Positions 44,511 to 55,060 of a stretch of DNA of 64,000 nucleotides are shown here, piece after piece. The DNA comes from Candidatus Latescibacterota bacterium (GTDB lineage Bacteria; Latescibacterota; UBA2968; GCA-2709665). The stretch spans positions 416,001 to 480,000 of the forward strand of contig OZ252100.1 in NCBI GenBank assembly GCA_965248435.1. Reading direction: 5' to 3'. Made by a program: the position numbers and the translations under genes. Each line of letters opens with the position of its first letter. The first letter of the stretch is position 1. The notes below the pieces were generated by a model. The model worked only from the letters and a program-made list of their open reading frames with translations, did no database searches and had not been told where the DNA came from.

Positions 44511-45834
44511 CTAAGACCACATTCCTTAGAGCCTCCGATGCGCTTTCAGACGGTTCCTCGGTCACTGCTTTACTTTCCGTCTGAAGATCGAACAGATGTA
44601 CGAGGGATTCGACATAGGACAACGGGTTCCCGCGCTCGGTGGCCTCCTTGAGCCGCGTTTGAGGCGCGTGCAGAATCTTGTTCATGTACCGGCGGAGCAC
44701 CTCGGCCACCTTCGCCATCTGAGCGTCCGAAAACTCAGAGAGCCTGGCGTGCGCGAGTTCTTCCTCCATGACATCTTGAAAATACCGTCTTAGAGCCGTA
44801 ATGATGGGCACAACCTGAAGTGAGTTCTGCCACGAAATAAAGGAGGTCACCTCTTCCTCCAAGATCCGTCTCGCCTTCTCCGCTTCCTCCTGGCGCTTCT
44901 TCAAGTTCACGCCCACCACAGACTGGAGGTCATCCACGTCGTAGAGAAAGACGTTGTAGAGCTCACCGACTTCAGGGTCGATGTCTCGCGGGACCGCGAT
45001 GTCGATCAGAAACATCTGCTGGTTCCGCCTTCGTTTCATCGCCTCTGCAACGGACTCCCGATGCAGAATGTATTTGGGGGCCCCGGTCGAGCTGATCACG
45101 ATATCTGCCCGATGCAGGCTCTCCACGGCCTCCTGCCACCCCATCGCCTGCCCCCCCACACGATCAGCCAGATCCTTCGCCCGCTCGAACGTTCTGCTGG
45201 CCACGATCAGGTAACCCACCCCATTTTGCGCGAGATGTCTGGCGGTCAATTCGCTCATCTCTCCCGCACCCAGGACCAGCCCCACCCGACCCCGGAGATC
45301 GCCGAAGATCTTCCTGGCCAGCTCGACGGCTGCAAAGCCTACCGAAACTGCGCCGACACCGATCTCAGTCTCTGACCTCGCCCGCTTTGAAGCCCCGAGG
45401 GCGCAGCTGAACAGCCGGTTGAGCAATGCACGGCTGGTCCCGCGCTCCAAGGCTGCAGCGCCTGCCTCCTTCACCTGCCCGGCGATCTGAGGCTCCCCCA
45501 TAATCATCGAATCCAGTCCCGAGGCGACCTGGAAGAGGTGGGAAGCCACCTCGCGATCTCTATAGACGATGAGGTGCTTTCGCAGCGCGTCCTTTCCAAG
45601 GCCACTCTGTATGCCGAACATCTCGACGGCATCATCGATGGCAAGATCCGGCAGATCACTCACCAGGTAGGCTTCGAGCCGATTGCAGGTAGAAAGGACC
45701 GCGCACTCCGATATGGAGGCCTGCCGATGGAGTCGCTCCAGGACCGAAGGGAGTGAATGGTCGGGCACGGCGACCCGGTCCCGTATGTCCACGGAAGCCG
45801 TGCGGTGGTTGAGCCCGACGACTAGGAAAGACAT
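44476..45834 (-). CDS. hemA: Glutamyl-tRNA reductase
   Basis: GLNHRTA, STCNRLE, GLDSMIMGEPQI, GAGEM, DIAVPRD. Confidence 0.97.
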   Translation of the reverse strand: MSFLVVGLNHRTASVDIRDRVAVPDHSLPSVLERLHRQASISECAVLSTCNRLEAYLVSDLPDLAIDDAVEMFGIQSGLGKDALRKHLIVYRDREVASHLFQVASGLDSMIMGEPQIAGQVKEAGAAALERGTSRALLNRLFSCALGASKRARSETEIGVGAVSVGFAAVELARKIFGDLRGRVGLVLGAGEMSELTARHLAQNGVGYLIVASRTFERAKDLADRVGGQAMGWQEAVESLHRADIVISSTGAPKYILHRESVAEAMKRRRNQQMFLIDIAVPRDIDPEVGELYNVFLYDVDDLQSVVGVNLKKRQEEAEKARRILEEEVTSFISWQNSLQVVPIITALRRYFQDVMEEELAHARLSEFSDAQMAKVAEVLRRYMNKILHAPQTRLKEATERGNPLSYVESLVHLFDLQTESKAVTEEPSESASEALRNVVLDGQTPGHRESR

Positions 45835-46463
45835 TCGGCCACCTTTTCCTCGATCTCGTCCCATTTCCTTTGCCGAATCAGCTCGACGGTCTCCCACGTC
45901 ACCAACCTGTCCCATACGCAGCGGCGGCGCTCTCCATCATCGGGGAATCTGGCCATGACCTCAGGCCGGAGGCGTTCGCACAGTTCGACAAGTTCTTCCT
46001 GCTCGGGTCCGAGCAAATCTTCCAGCCTTTCGCGGATCAGCCGGGCATAGGCGGGGCTGGCGCCTCCCGTAGAGAAGGCGACGCGGATGATTCCCCGCTC
46101 GACGACAGAGGGCATTACAAAGTCTCCTTCAGCAGAAGCGTTCGAGACATTCGACAGCGCGCCGATGGACTCTGCCTCGGCCGCAACTTCTCGATTCACG
46201 TCTGGATGATCCGTCGCGGCGAACACCAGGAGCGCGCCCTTCAGGTCTCCCTCTGCGAACGGTCTGGGCACCAGCTCGATCTTTCCTGCCTTCGCCAGCT
46301 GCACAAGATGCTCGGTCGTCTCTGGGCTGACAACCCGGACACACGCACCTGCTTCGAGCAGTCCATTCACCTTTCGTTCGCCGACCTTCCCACCCCCGAC
46401 GACCACGCAGGTTCTGCCCTGGATGCTGAGAAAAATCGGGTAAGCAAATCGCGCTGCGCCCAT
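45822..46463 (-). CDS. sirC: Precorrin-2 dehydrogenase/sirohydrochlorin ferrochelatase (SirC/Met8/CysG N-terminal type)
   Basis: YPIFL, VVVGGG.VGERK, AATD, STGGASP. Confidence 0.9.
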   Translation of the reverse strand: MGAARFAYPIFLSIQGRTCVVVGGGKVGERKVNGLLEAGACVRVVSPETTEHLVQLAKAGKIELVPRPFAEGDLKGALLVFAATDHPDVNREVAAEAESIGALSNVSNASAEGDFVMPSVVERGIIRVAFSTGGASPAYARLIRERLEDLLGPEQEELVELCERLRPEVMARFPDDGERRRCVWDRLVTWETVELIRQRKWDEIEEKVAECLS

Positions 46464-46501
46464 CGTGATATAGAATCCGTGACCCCCACGCGAAGGCGAG
46501 G

Positions 46502-47329
46502 TTATTGGCCGAGTGAATGTCGCCCGGAAAACAACACTCCGACGACCGGGAACGAGAGCACCACCAGGGCAAATCCGATGATCGAGAGAAATGCGGATCG
46601 TTTGCCTCGCCATCCCGCAATCAGGCGCACGCCGAGGTGGCAGGCGTAGACGAAGCAGGTGACAAGGAGGGCGGCGAACGCCGGTTCGTTCCAAACCCAC
46701 AGCCGTTCGAGCTCCTGATAAGCCCAGGCGGAACTCGCGATCAACCCGGCGACCAGAAACAGGAAACCAAAGGTGACTGCGCGATTGTTGATCTGGTCCA
46801 ACGTCTCCAGCGGCGGAAGGCGCTCGTAGAAGAAGCCGAGATGCTTGGCCTGAATCTCACCCAACAGCAGCACATACATCACCGCGCTCACACAGGAGAT
46901 CGCGAACGCGGCATATGCACCAATGTAGGCCAGAACGTGGAGTTTAAACCAGCTCCCGGCGAAGGCCACTGGAGGCACCTCGCCAAGCGCCATTAATTTG
47001 ATAAGCGTAAACAGCTGCAGCAGCGTAACGATCGGTACGACGAGGGCACCGAGGGAACGGTCCCGGGTTGTCAGTTCCAGGTAGAAATAGACGATCACTA
47101 CGAGCCAGGCGCACAAAGACGGTAATACTTCGTTCGTCAGAGGAACGCCTGCGCCGGCCACCGTGAGCCGCCCCAAAAGAAACGTGTGGAGGACCCATCC
47201 AAGGACCAGGCCACGCGTGGCGATGTTGCCCCGCAGTTCGCTCTTCGCGTGGAAGTTCACCGCGTAGGCGCCCGCGCTGATGACATAGGCCAGCGTAACG
47301 AGAACCAATGATAATTCTTGTATGTCCAT
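46502..47329 (-). CDS. ccsA: Cytochrome c biogenesis protein (CcsA/HemX-like)
   Basis: Multi-TM; conserved His residues (LHT, LHV, GRHS), LPPLETLD, Trp-rich WA...W.W motif, GWRGKR. Confidence 0.85.
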   Translation of the reverse strand: MDIQELSLVLVTLAYVISAGAYAVNFHAKSELRGNIATRGLVLGWVLHTFLLGRLTVAGAGVPLTNEVLPSLCAWLVVIVYFYLELTTRDRSLGALVVPIVTLLQLFTLIKLMALGEVPPVAFAGSWFKLHVLAYIGAYAAFAISCVSAVMYVLLLGEIQAKHLGFFYERLPPLETLDQINNRAVTFGFLFLVAGLIASSAWAYQELERLWVWNEPAFAALLVTCFVYACHLGVRLIAGWRGKRSAFLSIIGFALVVLSFPVVGVLFSGRHSLGQ

Positions 47330-47439
47330 CCGGGTGTGGCCCGATCGCACGGTTGAAAGAGGCCATAAAACCGACGCCGTCCGGCGGCACCTAAAATTCG
47401 AGGTGACCCAAGTTCCCGGACGGCGATTAAGCGACCTCT

Positions 47440-48681
47440 TTATAGCGGTGAGTCGAGAAACTCCTCAACATTCACGTCGTGACGCCTCGGATCATCCGCT
47501 TCTATGATTCGTCGACAGTTCTCTTCACCTTTTTCTCTGAATTCCTGATACAGGTCGATCACGAACGGACTCGACCTGCGCTTTCCATATTGCGAGAACA
47601 GGACCCCGACCTTGGGATGGAGCGAATCTTCCGGGTTTACTTCCATCACGATCCCCATCTCCTTCGTGTTCAACTTCACGAAGCTTCCGACCGGATAGAC
47701 TCCCAGCTGTTTGATGAAGGTATTCACAACCTCCTCCTTGAAGTCCGTACCCCTTCCATCAAACACGACGCGGAGGGCGATATACGGGGGCAGCCCCGGT
47801 TTGTAAGGACGCGCCGATGTCAACGCGTCGTAGACGTCAGCCACCGCCGCCATGGCTGCAAAGGGATGCATCTGGTCGCTCGTCAATCCCCTCGGATACC
47901 CGGCGCCGTTGACCTTCTCGTGATGCTGGCCTGTAATGGCGATGGCTGGCTCGGCAACGTGGCCCATCTCCTCAAGGATCTTCTCACCGAACAAGGGGTG
48001 ACTCATTACGATTTTTCGTTCCTTGTCCGTGAGTGGGCCGGGCTTATCCAGGATCGACAGCGGGATCTTGCCCTTCCCGACATCGTGTAAGAGCCCTCCC
48101 ACGCCGATCACCGCTGCCTCCTCCTCCGTCACACCCGAAGCGTACGCAATCGCAAGCGTGAGCACGCAGACGTTGACGGAATGCATGTAGGTGTGTTCGC
48201 TGTAGTTCTTCAAGGCGGTCAGACTCAACAGGGCATCCACGTTCCTGAAGACACTGCCTGTGAGAGTCTTGGATGCCATACCGACCTTTTCGGCATCGAT
48301 GCTCCCCCCCGTGGCAACGTTCGACATGAACTCTTTGACAACCTTGACAGACGCCCCGCGGATCTTCTTGGCAACCTTGATCTCGTCTTTAAAGAAGGCC
48401 TGCCGTCCGGCAGGAGGCTTCGCTTTCTTCACCTCCTTGATCTGAACTGGCGGAGCGACCATCTGGCCGCCCGCTGTGTCTTTGCCCTTGGACGTGTCGA
48501 TCGTGACTTCTTTAAGCCCGGCCTCCTTGAGGCGCCTGATCTGATTGCCCGAAGTGACCAGCATCCCCTTGCCCAGGAGAAGCACGTTCTTCTTCGATGA
48601 ACCCCCTGCACCTTCTTTGATGTCGGCCTCCATAAACATGCCGACTTCCAGTTTGTCTAAAGAGATCTTCTTCTTCGCCAT
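47440..48681 (-). CDS. HD-GYP c-di-GMP phosphodiesterase with DUF3391 N-terminus
   Basis: L.VGMF, HSVNV, LLHDVGK, HHEK.NG.GYP, DVYDALTS.RPYK. Confidence 0.93.
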   Translation of the reverse strand: MAKKKISLDKLEVGMFMEADIKEGAGGSSKKNVLLLGKGMLVTSGNQIRRLKEAGLKEVTIDTSKGKDTAGGQMVAPPVQIKEVKKAKPPAGRQAFFKDEIKVAKKIRGASVKVVKEFMSNVATGGSIDAEKVGMASKTLTGSVFRNVDALLSLTALKNYSEHTYMHSVNVCVLTLAIAYASGVTEEEAAVIGVGGLLHDVGKGKIPLSILDKPGPLTDKERKIVMSHPLFGEKILEEMGHVAEPAIAITGQHHEKVNGAGYPRGLTSDQMHPFAAMAAVADVYDALTSARPYKPGLPPYIALRVVFDGRGTDFKEEVVNTFIKQLGVYPVGSFVKLNTKEMGIVMEVNPEDSLHPKVGVLFSQYGKRRSSPFVIDLYQEFREKGEENCRRIIEADDPRRHDVNVEEFLDSPL

Positions 48682-48785
48682 GCGCTGAGGTTTCCTAAAA
48701 TTCCCGGATAACCAGCCGCTTTACTGAGCCACGGGGCGAAAATCGTCCCAACGGGCTTAGATTTCTTAAGTTAGCAAAAGAATGC

Positions 48786-49979
48786 CTATGAATCAACCGA
48801 AATCCTCATTCCAGCACCGGGCGTAATCGAGCCCAGGACCGAAGCGTGTTTGGCCCCGGTCACACTTGGGATGCTCCCCGTCATGCCGCCCAGCGTCTGA
48901 TTGGCCAGTACCGCGAATCCAATCGCTTCCTTCGCTTCAGAAGGGATACCGAACGCATCGGTCGTAATCACTTCGATGCCGCTCAGCTTCTGCATCAACA
49001 TTCGCATCATCTCAGGATTCTCTGAACCGCCTCCGCTTACAACAACCCGGTCGACATTCCATTTAGGGAACACGAGCGCCACCAGCGCATCTGAAATGCT
49101 CATTACCGTGAATGTGGTCGCGGTCAGAATCAGGTCAGGACCCGACAGATCCTTTCCCCAGGCAAGCACTTGATCTACGAAATCTCTTCCGAAGGTTTCA
49201 CGACCCGTCGACTTCGGAGGAGGAAGCGCGAGGAAGGGATGCCGCATCAATTTTTTCAGGAGCACTTCATCGGCCTCTCCCTCCGCAGCCATCTTCCCGT
49301 CCACATCGTATGATTGAACACCGTCAGTCAGACTGTTCACGAGCGCGTCCACGACCATATTCCCCGGACCCGTGTCGAAAGCCGTCACATCGTCAACACT
49401 GCAGCCCGCCGGCAGTGACGTGATGTTCGAGATCCCACCGATGTTCAACATCACACTGCCAACCTGGTCCGACCTGAATAGGATGTAGTCCACGAGGGGG
49501 ATCAGGGGGGCGCCTTGACCTCCTGCGGCCATATCTCGAGATCGGAAGTCTGAAATCGTCGTCACCCCGGTGCGCTCGGCGATGACGGAAGGACTCCCGA
49601 CCTGAAATGTCGCACGCACATCGGTCTCGAAAACCCGCTCCGGTCCCGGAAGGTGGTGTACGGTATGTCCGTGTGAGCCGATCAGGTCAACCGAAGCTAA
49701 AGGCACCCTGGCCTTTCTACAGACCTCCTCGGCCGCCTGGGCAAACCGTTCTCCAAGCACGGCGTTGATCTGACACAGTTGATCCACGCGAGCGGTCTGT
49801 GCGTCGCTCTGATTCAGGACGGCCTCCCGAAGGGACTTCGGGTATCCGACGGTAACGAACTCGACCAGACTGACCCGCGTGTTGATTCCAGAACCGGTCA
49901 CCTCTACCAGGGCGGCATCAACACCGTCGGCCGACGTCCCCGACATCAGACCGATGATCTTCTTCACGCTTTTGTCCAA
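48786..49979 (-). CDS. anmK: Anhydro-N-acetylmuramic acid kinase
   Basis: IGLMSGTSADGVD, GSHGHT, GGQGAPL, NIGGISN, FDTGPGN, PPKSTGRE. Confidence 0.96.
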   Translation of the reverse strand: MDKSVKKIIGLMSGTSADGVDAALVEVTGSGINTRVSLVEFVTVGYPKSLREAVLNQSDAQTARVDQLCQINAVLGERFAQAAEEVCRKARVPLASVDLIGSHGHTVHHLPGPERVFETDVRATFQVGSPSVIAERTGVTTISDFRSRDMAAGGQGAPLIPLVDYILFRSDQVGSVMLNIGGISNITSLPAGCSVDDVTAFDTGPGNMVVDALVNSLTDGVQSYDVDGKMAAEGEADEVLLKKLMRHPFLALPPPKSTGRETFGRDFVDQVLAWGKDLSGPDLILTATTFTVMSISDALVALVFPKWNVDRVVVSGGGSENPEMMRMLMQKLSGIEVITTDAFGIPSEAKEAIGFAVLANQTLGGMTGSIPSVTGAKHASVLGSITPGAGMRISVDS

Positions 49980-49992
49980 GCGCCTCTCACAG

Positions 49993-50961
49993 TCAATGCG
50001 TTTCCTCAGAATTCCCACCACTCAAAACGTGAGCCCGCCTGAACGCGAAGACGATCCCCCCCGCCACGCTGGCCACGATGCCCGCCAGATAGCCCAGAAA
50101 CATCAAGGCCAGTGCTGACGCTGCGTGCATGCCCACGCGTCCGAACAACAGCGCGCCCATATTCTCTCGAACGCCAATTCCCCCGATCGAAACAGGAACG
50201 GCAGCGACAATGGCTATAAGCGGGATAAAGACGACGTAGTTCGTGAAGGCGACCTCCTGCCCAAGGGCCTCGCCCACCGTATAGTAAACGGCGATCCTGC
50301 AGATTTGAACGCCCAAAGCAAGCATCCCGGCGCGGATGAGCACGCCGTAGGCGTGACGATAGAGCAGGAAGCTGTTCCGAACATCCTCCATGAATCGAAC
50401 GGCCTTGAGAGGCAGTATTCGAGTGCACTTTGTAAGCAGGGCACCGCTCACACGACGGCTAAACCCGAAGCAGAGCACGCCCAGGAGCGCCGCATTCAAC
50501 AACAGGACAGAGATTTCCAGGTCTGGACTTCGCAGGCCTCCGCCAAGATAGTAAGCAAAAGTCGCGAAACAGCTCAACGTAAAGAGCCCGATAAATCGGT
50601 CCAGAAAAGTGGCGGCAAACCCGCCCAAACCTTTGCCGGTTAAACGATTCAGGTCATAGATGCGAATCGCATCTCCGCCTATATTGCTGATCAAGAAATT
50701 GTTGAAGAAAACCCCGACCAGATAAAGAGAGATGACAGTTCGCACAGGAAGCCTGATCTCCTGTGTCGAAAGTAGCTCACGCCACTGAAACGCACCCAGC
50801 AGGTTGCTCACGCCGAAAAGGGCGACCGCGATTGCCCATTGCTCTGCACGCACGGAGGCCAGCGCCGACTTGAGTTGTGGCCATCCGACCTGATGAAGAA
50901 AGAAGATGACCAGACACAGGCTGATCCCCACTTTCAAAAGGGTGAAGAAAAGCCGCTTCAC
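49993..50961 (-). CDS. Lysylphosphatidylglycerol synthase TM / flippase-like protein (UPF0104)
   Basis: FFNNFL...GGD..R, LDR..G, PVSIGGIGVRE. Confidence 0.88.
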   Translation of the reverse strand: MKRLFFTLLKVGISLCLVIFFLHQVGWPQLKSALASVRAEQWAIAVALFGVSNLLGAFQWRELLSTQEIRLPVRTVISLYLVGVFFNNFLISNIGGDAIRIYDLNRLTGKGLGGFAATFLDRFIGLFTLSCFATFAYYLGGGLRSPDLEISVLLLNAALLGVLCFGFSRRVSGALLTKCTRILPLKAVRFMEDVRNSFLLYRHAYGVLIRAGMLALGVQICRIAVYYTVGEALGQEVAFTNYVVFIPLIAIVAAVPVSIGGIGVRENMGALLFGRVGMHAASALALMFLGYLAGIVASVAGGIVFAFRRAHVLSGGNSEETH

Positions 50962-52061
50962 ACAACTTCTCCTGCCCGAAGTTGGGCGACCGTCCTCACG
51001 CCTCTTACGTAATGCTGGTAGACAATCGACCCTCGGTACATCTTACTCAAGACTTCGGCATCCGAAACGGCCTGTGAACGCCTGGCCTCTCTTCTACGCA
51101 GCCAAATATTCAATGGATGCGTGAAGACCCATGACAGTCCGGCAATGGCCGCCAGCGGATGCTTCCAGTTGCCCTTTATCAGAGGAAGGAAGAGTGTCGC
51201 CGACAACAACAAAACACGCGCAGGGAATGCCCAGGACAGGTTCAGAAAAGACCAGTTCTTCAGGATCATGACTAGCTGGTTCCTGTGGTTGAGATAGGTC
51301 TTCCTGAAACTGTCCGCTTTGAGCGAAAAGGCTCCGTGATGGTAGACGACCGAACCTGGAACGGACAGAACGCGGAGTCCGGCCAGATGAAATCGCCAGC
51401 AGAGATCGATTTCCTCCATGTGCATGAAAAAGTCTTCATCCATCAGGCCTGTCTTCTCTAGACAGGACATTTTGATCAGCATGGCCCCGCCCATCGCCCA
51501 AAAAATGTCTTCAGACCGATCGTACTGCCCGCGATCTTCTTCTACGACATCGAACATCCTGCCCCTGCAGAACGTAAACCCGAGAACGTCGATCATTCCC
51601 CCCGCGGCCCCTCCGTAGTCGAATTGAGACCGCAACTGCATCGAGCGCACTTTAGGCTGACAGACCGCGACACCCTCATCCGATGCGGCTGCCACCAGAG
51701 AGGCCAGCCAATTATCCGTCACCTCAACATCGGAATTCAAAAGCATGGCATACTGTCCGCGGGCGACTTCCAAACCCCGGTTGCACCCCGCCCCCATCCC
51801 CCTGGGCGATTTCCGAAATGCGTCTCCGGTCTTGACCACTCGAACCTCCGGAAAACGACTCACTGCCCGCTCGAGGCTTCCGTCGTCATAAGGCTGGTCA
51901 TCCGCCACGATCACTTCGAACGAGGGCTCGAGAGTTCTGGAATAGATTGACTCCAGGCAGTCGGAGAGGATATCTCCAAGGTGATGGGGAATGATAATGG
52001 AAACGGTGGGACGCTCTGCCATCTGAGGGCTTGCCCTATGAGTCTGCCTTGAGACATGCAA
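50958..52061 (-). CDS. Glycosyltransferase family 2 (start may be 52022)
   Basis: VSIIIP, LLNSD, EEIDLCWR, VYH. Confidence 0.92.
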   Translation of the reverse strand: MHVSRQTHRASPQMAERPTVSIIIPHHLGDILSDCLESIYSRTLEPSFEVIVADDQPYDDGSLERAVSRFPEVRVVKTGDAFRKSPRGMGAGCNRGLEVARGQYAMLLNSDVEVTDNWLASLVAAASDEGVAVCQPKVRSMQLRSQFDYGGAAGGMIDVLGFTFCRGRMFDVVEEDRGQYDRSEDIFWAMGGAMLIKMSCLEKTGLMDEDFFMHMEEIDLCWRFHLAGLRVLSVPGSVVYHHGAFSLKADSFRKTYLNHRNQLVMILKNWSFLNLSWAFPARVLLLSATLFLPLIKGNWKHPLAAIAGLSWVFTHPLNIWLRRREARRSQAVSDAEVLSKMYRGSIVYQHYVRGVRTVAQLRAGEVV

Positions 52062-52066
52062 TTGAG

Positions 52067-53479
52067 CTAAATGACACGCTGCTCTCCGGGAATGACTTCC
52101 TTCAAACCTTCGAATTCAATCACTCGCATCGACTTCCACTTTCCACCTCGAAATCGAATCAGGTATACGATCCCCGTGACCACAATGTAAGCACAAACGA
52201 ACGTCCAGGCCACGTAGAGCCCCCAACCATAGACGGAACAGGCAAGGTATACCGGAATCACCAGCAATGTCCAAGAAAGGAGCAGTGAGACCACCATCAC
52301 GAACCGAGTATCGCCTGCGCCTTTTATCGCGGAGGACAAGACGATTAAGCTCGCGTCGAATACGGAAAAGAACGCCACATACCTGAGCAGGACGATCGTG
52401 GCTTCCCTGACGGGTGCAAATGACGCGGGATCAGCGAAAGACCCAAAGGGCCTTAAGAGGAATTCTGGGATCGCAACATACAGGAATGCCATCACCAGCA
52501 TGTAGCCCACAGCGAGATAGAGTGCGGAGTAGGCGCTGCGCTCCGCCAGGTTGGCCCGGTTCTGGCCCAGGTAGCGCCCAACGAGCGTGGATACGCCAAT
52601 CCCTAGGCCGAGCATCGGAAGAAAGGCGAGGACGTTGATGTTGAACGCAAGGTTGGTCGCGGCAAGGGGAATCTCCCCGAGCCGCCCTACAAGAAGAATA
52701 AATAGAGAGAACCCCAGGACTTCCAATGTGAACTGCAATCCGCTGGGGATACCGAATCTCATCAGCCGCCTGAATAATGTGAAGTCGAATCGCCAAGCAC
52801 TAAGCGTATGGAACTCGCGGCGGAACTTGCGGCGGAAAATAAGAAGAATGAAGAGCACCGCACCCAAGAAATGAGCAACCACCGTGGCCCACGCCGCGCC
52901 CCGGATGCCGAGTTCGGGGAATCCACCTCTCCCGAAGATCCAGAAGAAATCCAGAACGACGTTTGAGGCCACCGCAGCAAGATTCACCCACATCACAGTC
53001 CACGTATCTCCCCTCCCAGTAAAGAAGGAAGAGAGTGCCGCCATCATCACGGCCGGGCCTACCATAAAGCAGAGGATGCGAAAGTAGGGAACCTCAAGCT
53101 CCTGGATTTGTGGTGCGTGGCCCGCCCAGTAAAATATCGCCGGTGCAACAGGAAGAAATACGAGCATGACCAGCCCGGCGAAAATGGACAGATAGATCCC
53201 CTGCCAAACGGCCGCTCCAACCCGCTCGGGGCGCTCCGCGCCCACATACTGCGCCACAAATGTATTCACATATCCCGCAGTACCCAGAAAAAGTGCGCCG
53301 ATCGTAAAGTTCAACACGCCCGCTGGTAGTGCTGCAGCAAGCGCTTCCCGATCGTACCACGTCAAAAACATGCGGTCCACGAAGTGCATGATACTCCACG
53401 ACCCCATGCTCAGTATCAGGGGAAAGGCGATCCGCAGTACCTCCCCGTATCCTCCATCCCGCCGCCATCGGTCTCCCAT
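52067..53479 (-). CDS. MATE family efflux transporter
   Basis: About 12 TMs; FVDRMFL, G.GDT, ELGIRGAAWAT, KGAGDTRF. Confidence 0.93.
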   Translation of the reverse strand: MGDRWRRDGGYGEVLRIAFPLILSMGSWSIMHFVDRMFLTWYDREALAAALPAGVLNFTIGALFLGTAGYVNTFVAQYVGAERPERVGAAVWQGIYLSIFAGLVMLVFLPVAPAIFYWAGHAPQIQELEVPYFRILCFMVGPAVMMAALSSFFTGRGDTWTVMWVNLAAVASNVVLDFFWIFGRGGFPELGIRGAAWATVVAHFLGAVLFILLIFRRKFRREFHTLSAWRFDFTLFRRLMRFGIPSGLQFTLEVLGFSLFILLVGRLGEIPLAATNLAFNINVLAFLPMLGLGIGVSTLVGRYLGQNRANLAERSAYSALYLAVGYMLVMAFLYVAIPEFLLRPFGSFADPASFAPVREATIVLLRYVAFFSVFDASLIVLSSAIKGAGDTRFVMVVSLLLSWTLLVIPVYLACSVYGWGLYVAWTFVCAYIVVTGIVYLIRFRGGKWKSMRVIEFEGLKEVIPGEQRVI

Positions 53480-53614
53480 TGAACGTGATCCCCGGATTTA
53501 GAATGCCCCTTCAGACCCTTTTTGCCTTGCCTCGAGATGGCGCTCCGCTATCTTTCCCCCGCTACTCAGTGCACCAACTTCAGACTCGCTGAAAATTCAA
53601 CCTGAGGAACCGAA

Positions 53615-54985
53615 ATGAAATTCGATGTCGTCGTCATCGGGGCTGGTAGTGCCGGCTACGCCGCCGCGCGTTCCGCCGCCGACGCTGGGGCGAAGGTAGC
53701 CATCATAGACAAGGGACCGCTCGGCGGTCTCTGCATCTTACGTGGCTGCATGCCTTCCAAGACCCTATTGAGATCCTCGGACATCATGGCGTTGATGCAG
53801 CGCAGCAAGGAATTCGGGCTCAGTGCGCACCGCGTGACGGCCAACCTCGCCTCGATAAACCAAAGGAAGAAAGCCCTCGTCAAAGAGTTTGTGGACTACC
53901 GTATCGGCGAGCTCAAGAGCACCCGATACAAACTCATCCGGGGTCGCGCCCGGTTTGAAAGCCCCAACAGGCTCAGGGTCGGTTCAACCGTGCTCGATTC
54001 GAGAACCTTTGTCATCGCGACCGGTTCCGTCGTGCAGAAAGTCGCCATTCCGGGACTCGAAGAGGTTGGGTATATCACCAGTGACGAAGCACTGGATCTG
54101 AGGAAGCTTCCCAAGTCGATGATCGTACTCGGGGGCGGACCCACAGCGACAGAACTGGGTCAATTTTTTTGCAGGCTGGGAACAAAGACGACCTTGATCC
54201 AGCGAAGCGCTCATATCTTCAGCGATAAAGACGAAGACCTGGCAACCCCCGTGGAAGCCCGGTTGCGAAATGAAGGTATGGTCGTTCATACAAGAACAAA
54301 ACTGACCGAGTTCACGAAAAGAGGTAAACTCGTCACCGCCCATTTTCACCAGAACGGTAAACGAAGGCGGGCATCCGCAGAAATCATCTTCCAGGCCCTC
54401 GGCCGAATTCCCAACCTGAGGGGCCTTGAGTTGGAAAACGCGGGCGTAAAGGTCAACGGCGGACGCATCAGGGTCAACGGTTGGATGCAGACCAGCGCAA
54501 GCCACATCTATGCCGCCGGGGATTGTGTAGGACTACACGAAATCGTTCACATCGCGGTTCAGCAGGGAGAGATCGCAGGTCGCAATGCGGCAGTCAGAGG
54601 CAGGGAGCAGAGGATGAACGACCGACTTCGCGCGGAAGTCGTGTTCACAGACCCACAGGTCGCGTCCGTCGGGCTTTCGGAAAAGGACTGCCAGAGATTG
54701 GGGCTGGAGTATGACGCTGCCAGCACCCCCTTCTCAGACCACGGAAAATCGATCATCCTGGGTGAAACACTGGGCTTCGTCAAACTTATCTGTGAACCGA
54801 AGCGGGGAAAACTCCTGGGCGCCCACATCGTGGGGCCTGAAGCGTCTGAACTGATACACGAACTGATTGCGGTCATGTATTTTCGAGGCACCGTGAACGA
54901 TCTCCTTCGCATTCCCCATTACCACCCTACCCTCGCAGAGATTCTGACATACCCTGCTGAAGAGCTGTCCTCTCGAATCGGCTGA
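53615..54985 (+). CDS. Dihydrolipoyl dehydrogenase family pyridine nucleotide-disulfide oxidoreductase
   Basis: GAGSAG, GGLCILRGCMPSK, IYAAGD, HYHPTLAE; lacks the MerA C-terminal CC pair. Confidence 0.9.
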   Translation: MKFDVVVIGAGSAGYAAARSAADAGAKVAIIDKGPLGGLCILRGCMPSKTLLRSSDIMALMQRSKEFGLSAHRVTANLASINQRKKALVKEFVDYRIGELKSTRYKLIRGRARFESPNRLRVGSTVLDSRTFVIATGSVVQKVAIPGLEEVGYITSDEALDLRKLPKSMIVLGGGPTATELGQFFCRLGTKTTLIQRSAHIFSDKDEDLATPVEARLRNEGMVVHTRTKLTEFTKRGKLVTAHFHQNGKRRRASAEIIFQALGRIPNLRGLELENAGVKVNGGRIRVNGWMQTSASHIYAAGDCVGLHEIVHIAVQQGEIAGRNAAVRGREQRMNDRLRAEVVFTDPQVASVGLSEKDCQRLGLEYDAASTPFSDHGKSIILGETLGFVKLICEPKRGKLLGAHIVGPEASELIHELIAVMYFRGTVNDLLRIPHYHPTLAEILTYPAEELSSRIG

Positions 54986-55060
54986 ACGTCAGCCAGGCGC
55001 CCTAATCTCACTCACCCTTTGAGTGAAGCGGATCCCGTCCAGAACCTGTTACACAATAAG

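Noticed and set aside
53615-54985. Mercuric reductase MerA
   Set aside because: No C-terminal Cys-Cys pair and no mer neighbours; it has the His-Glu dyad of lipoamide dehydrogenases.
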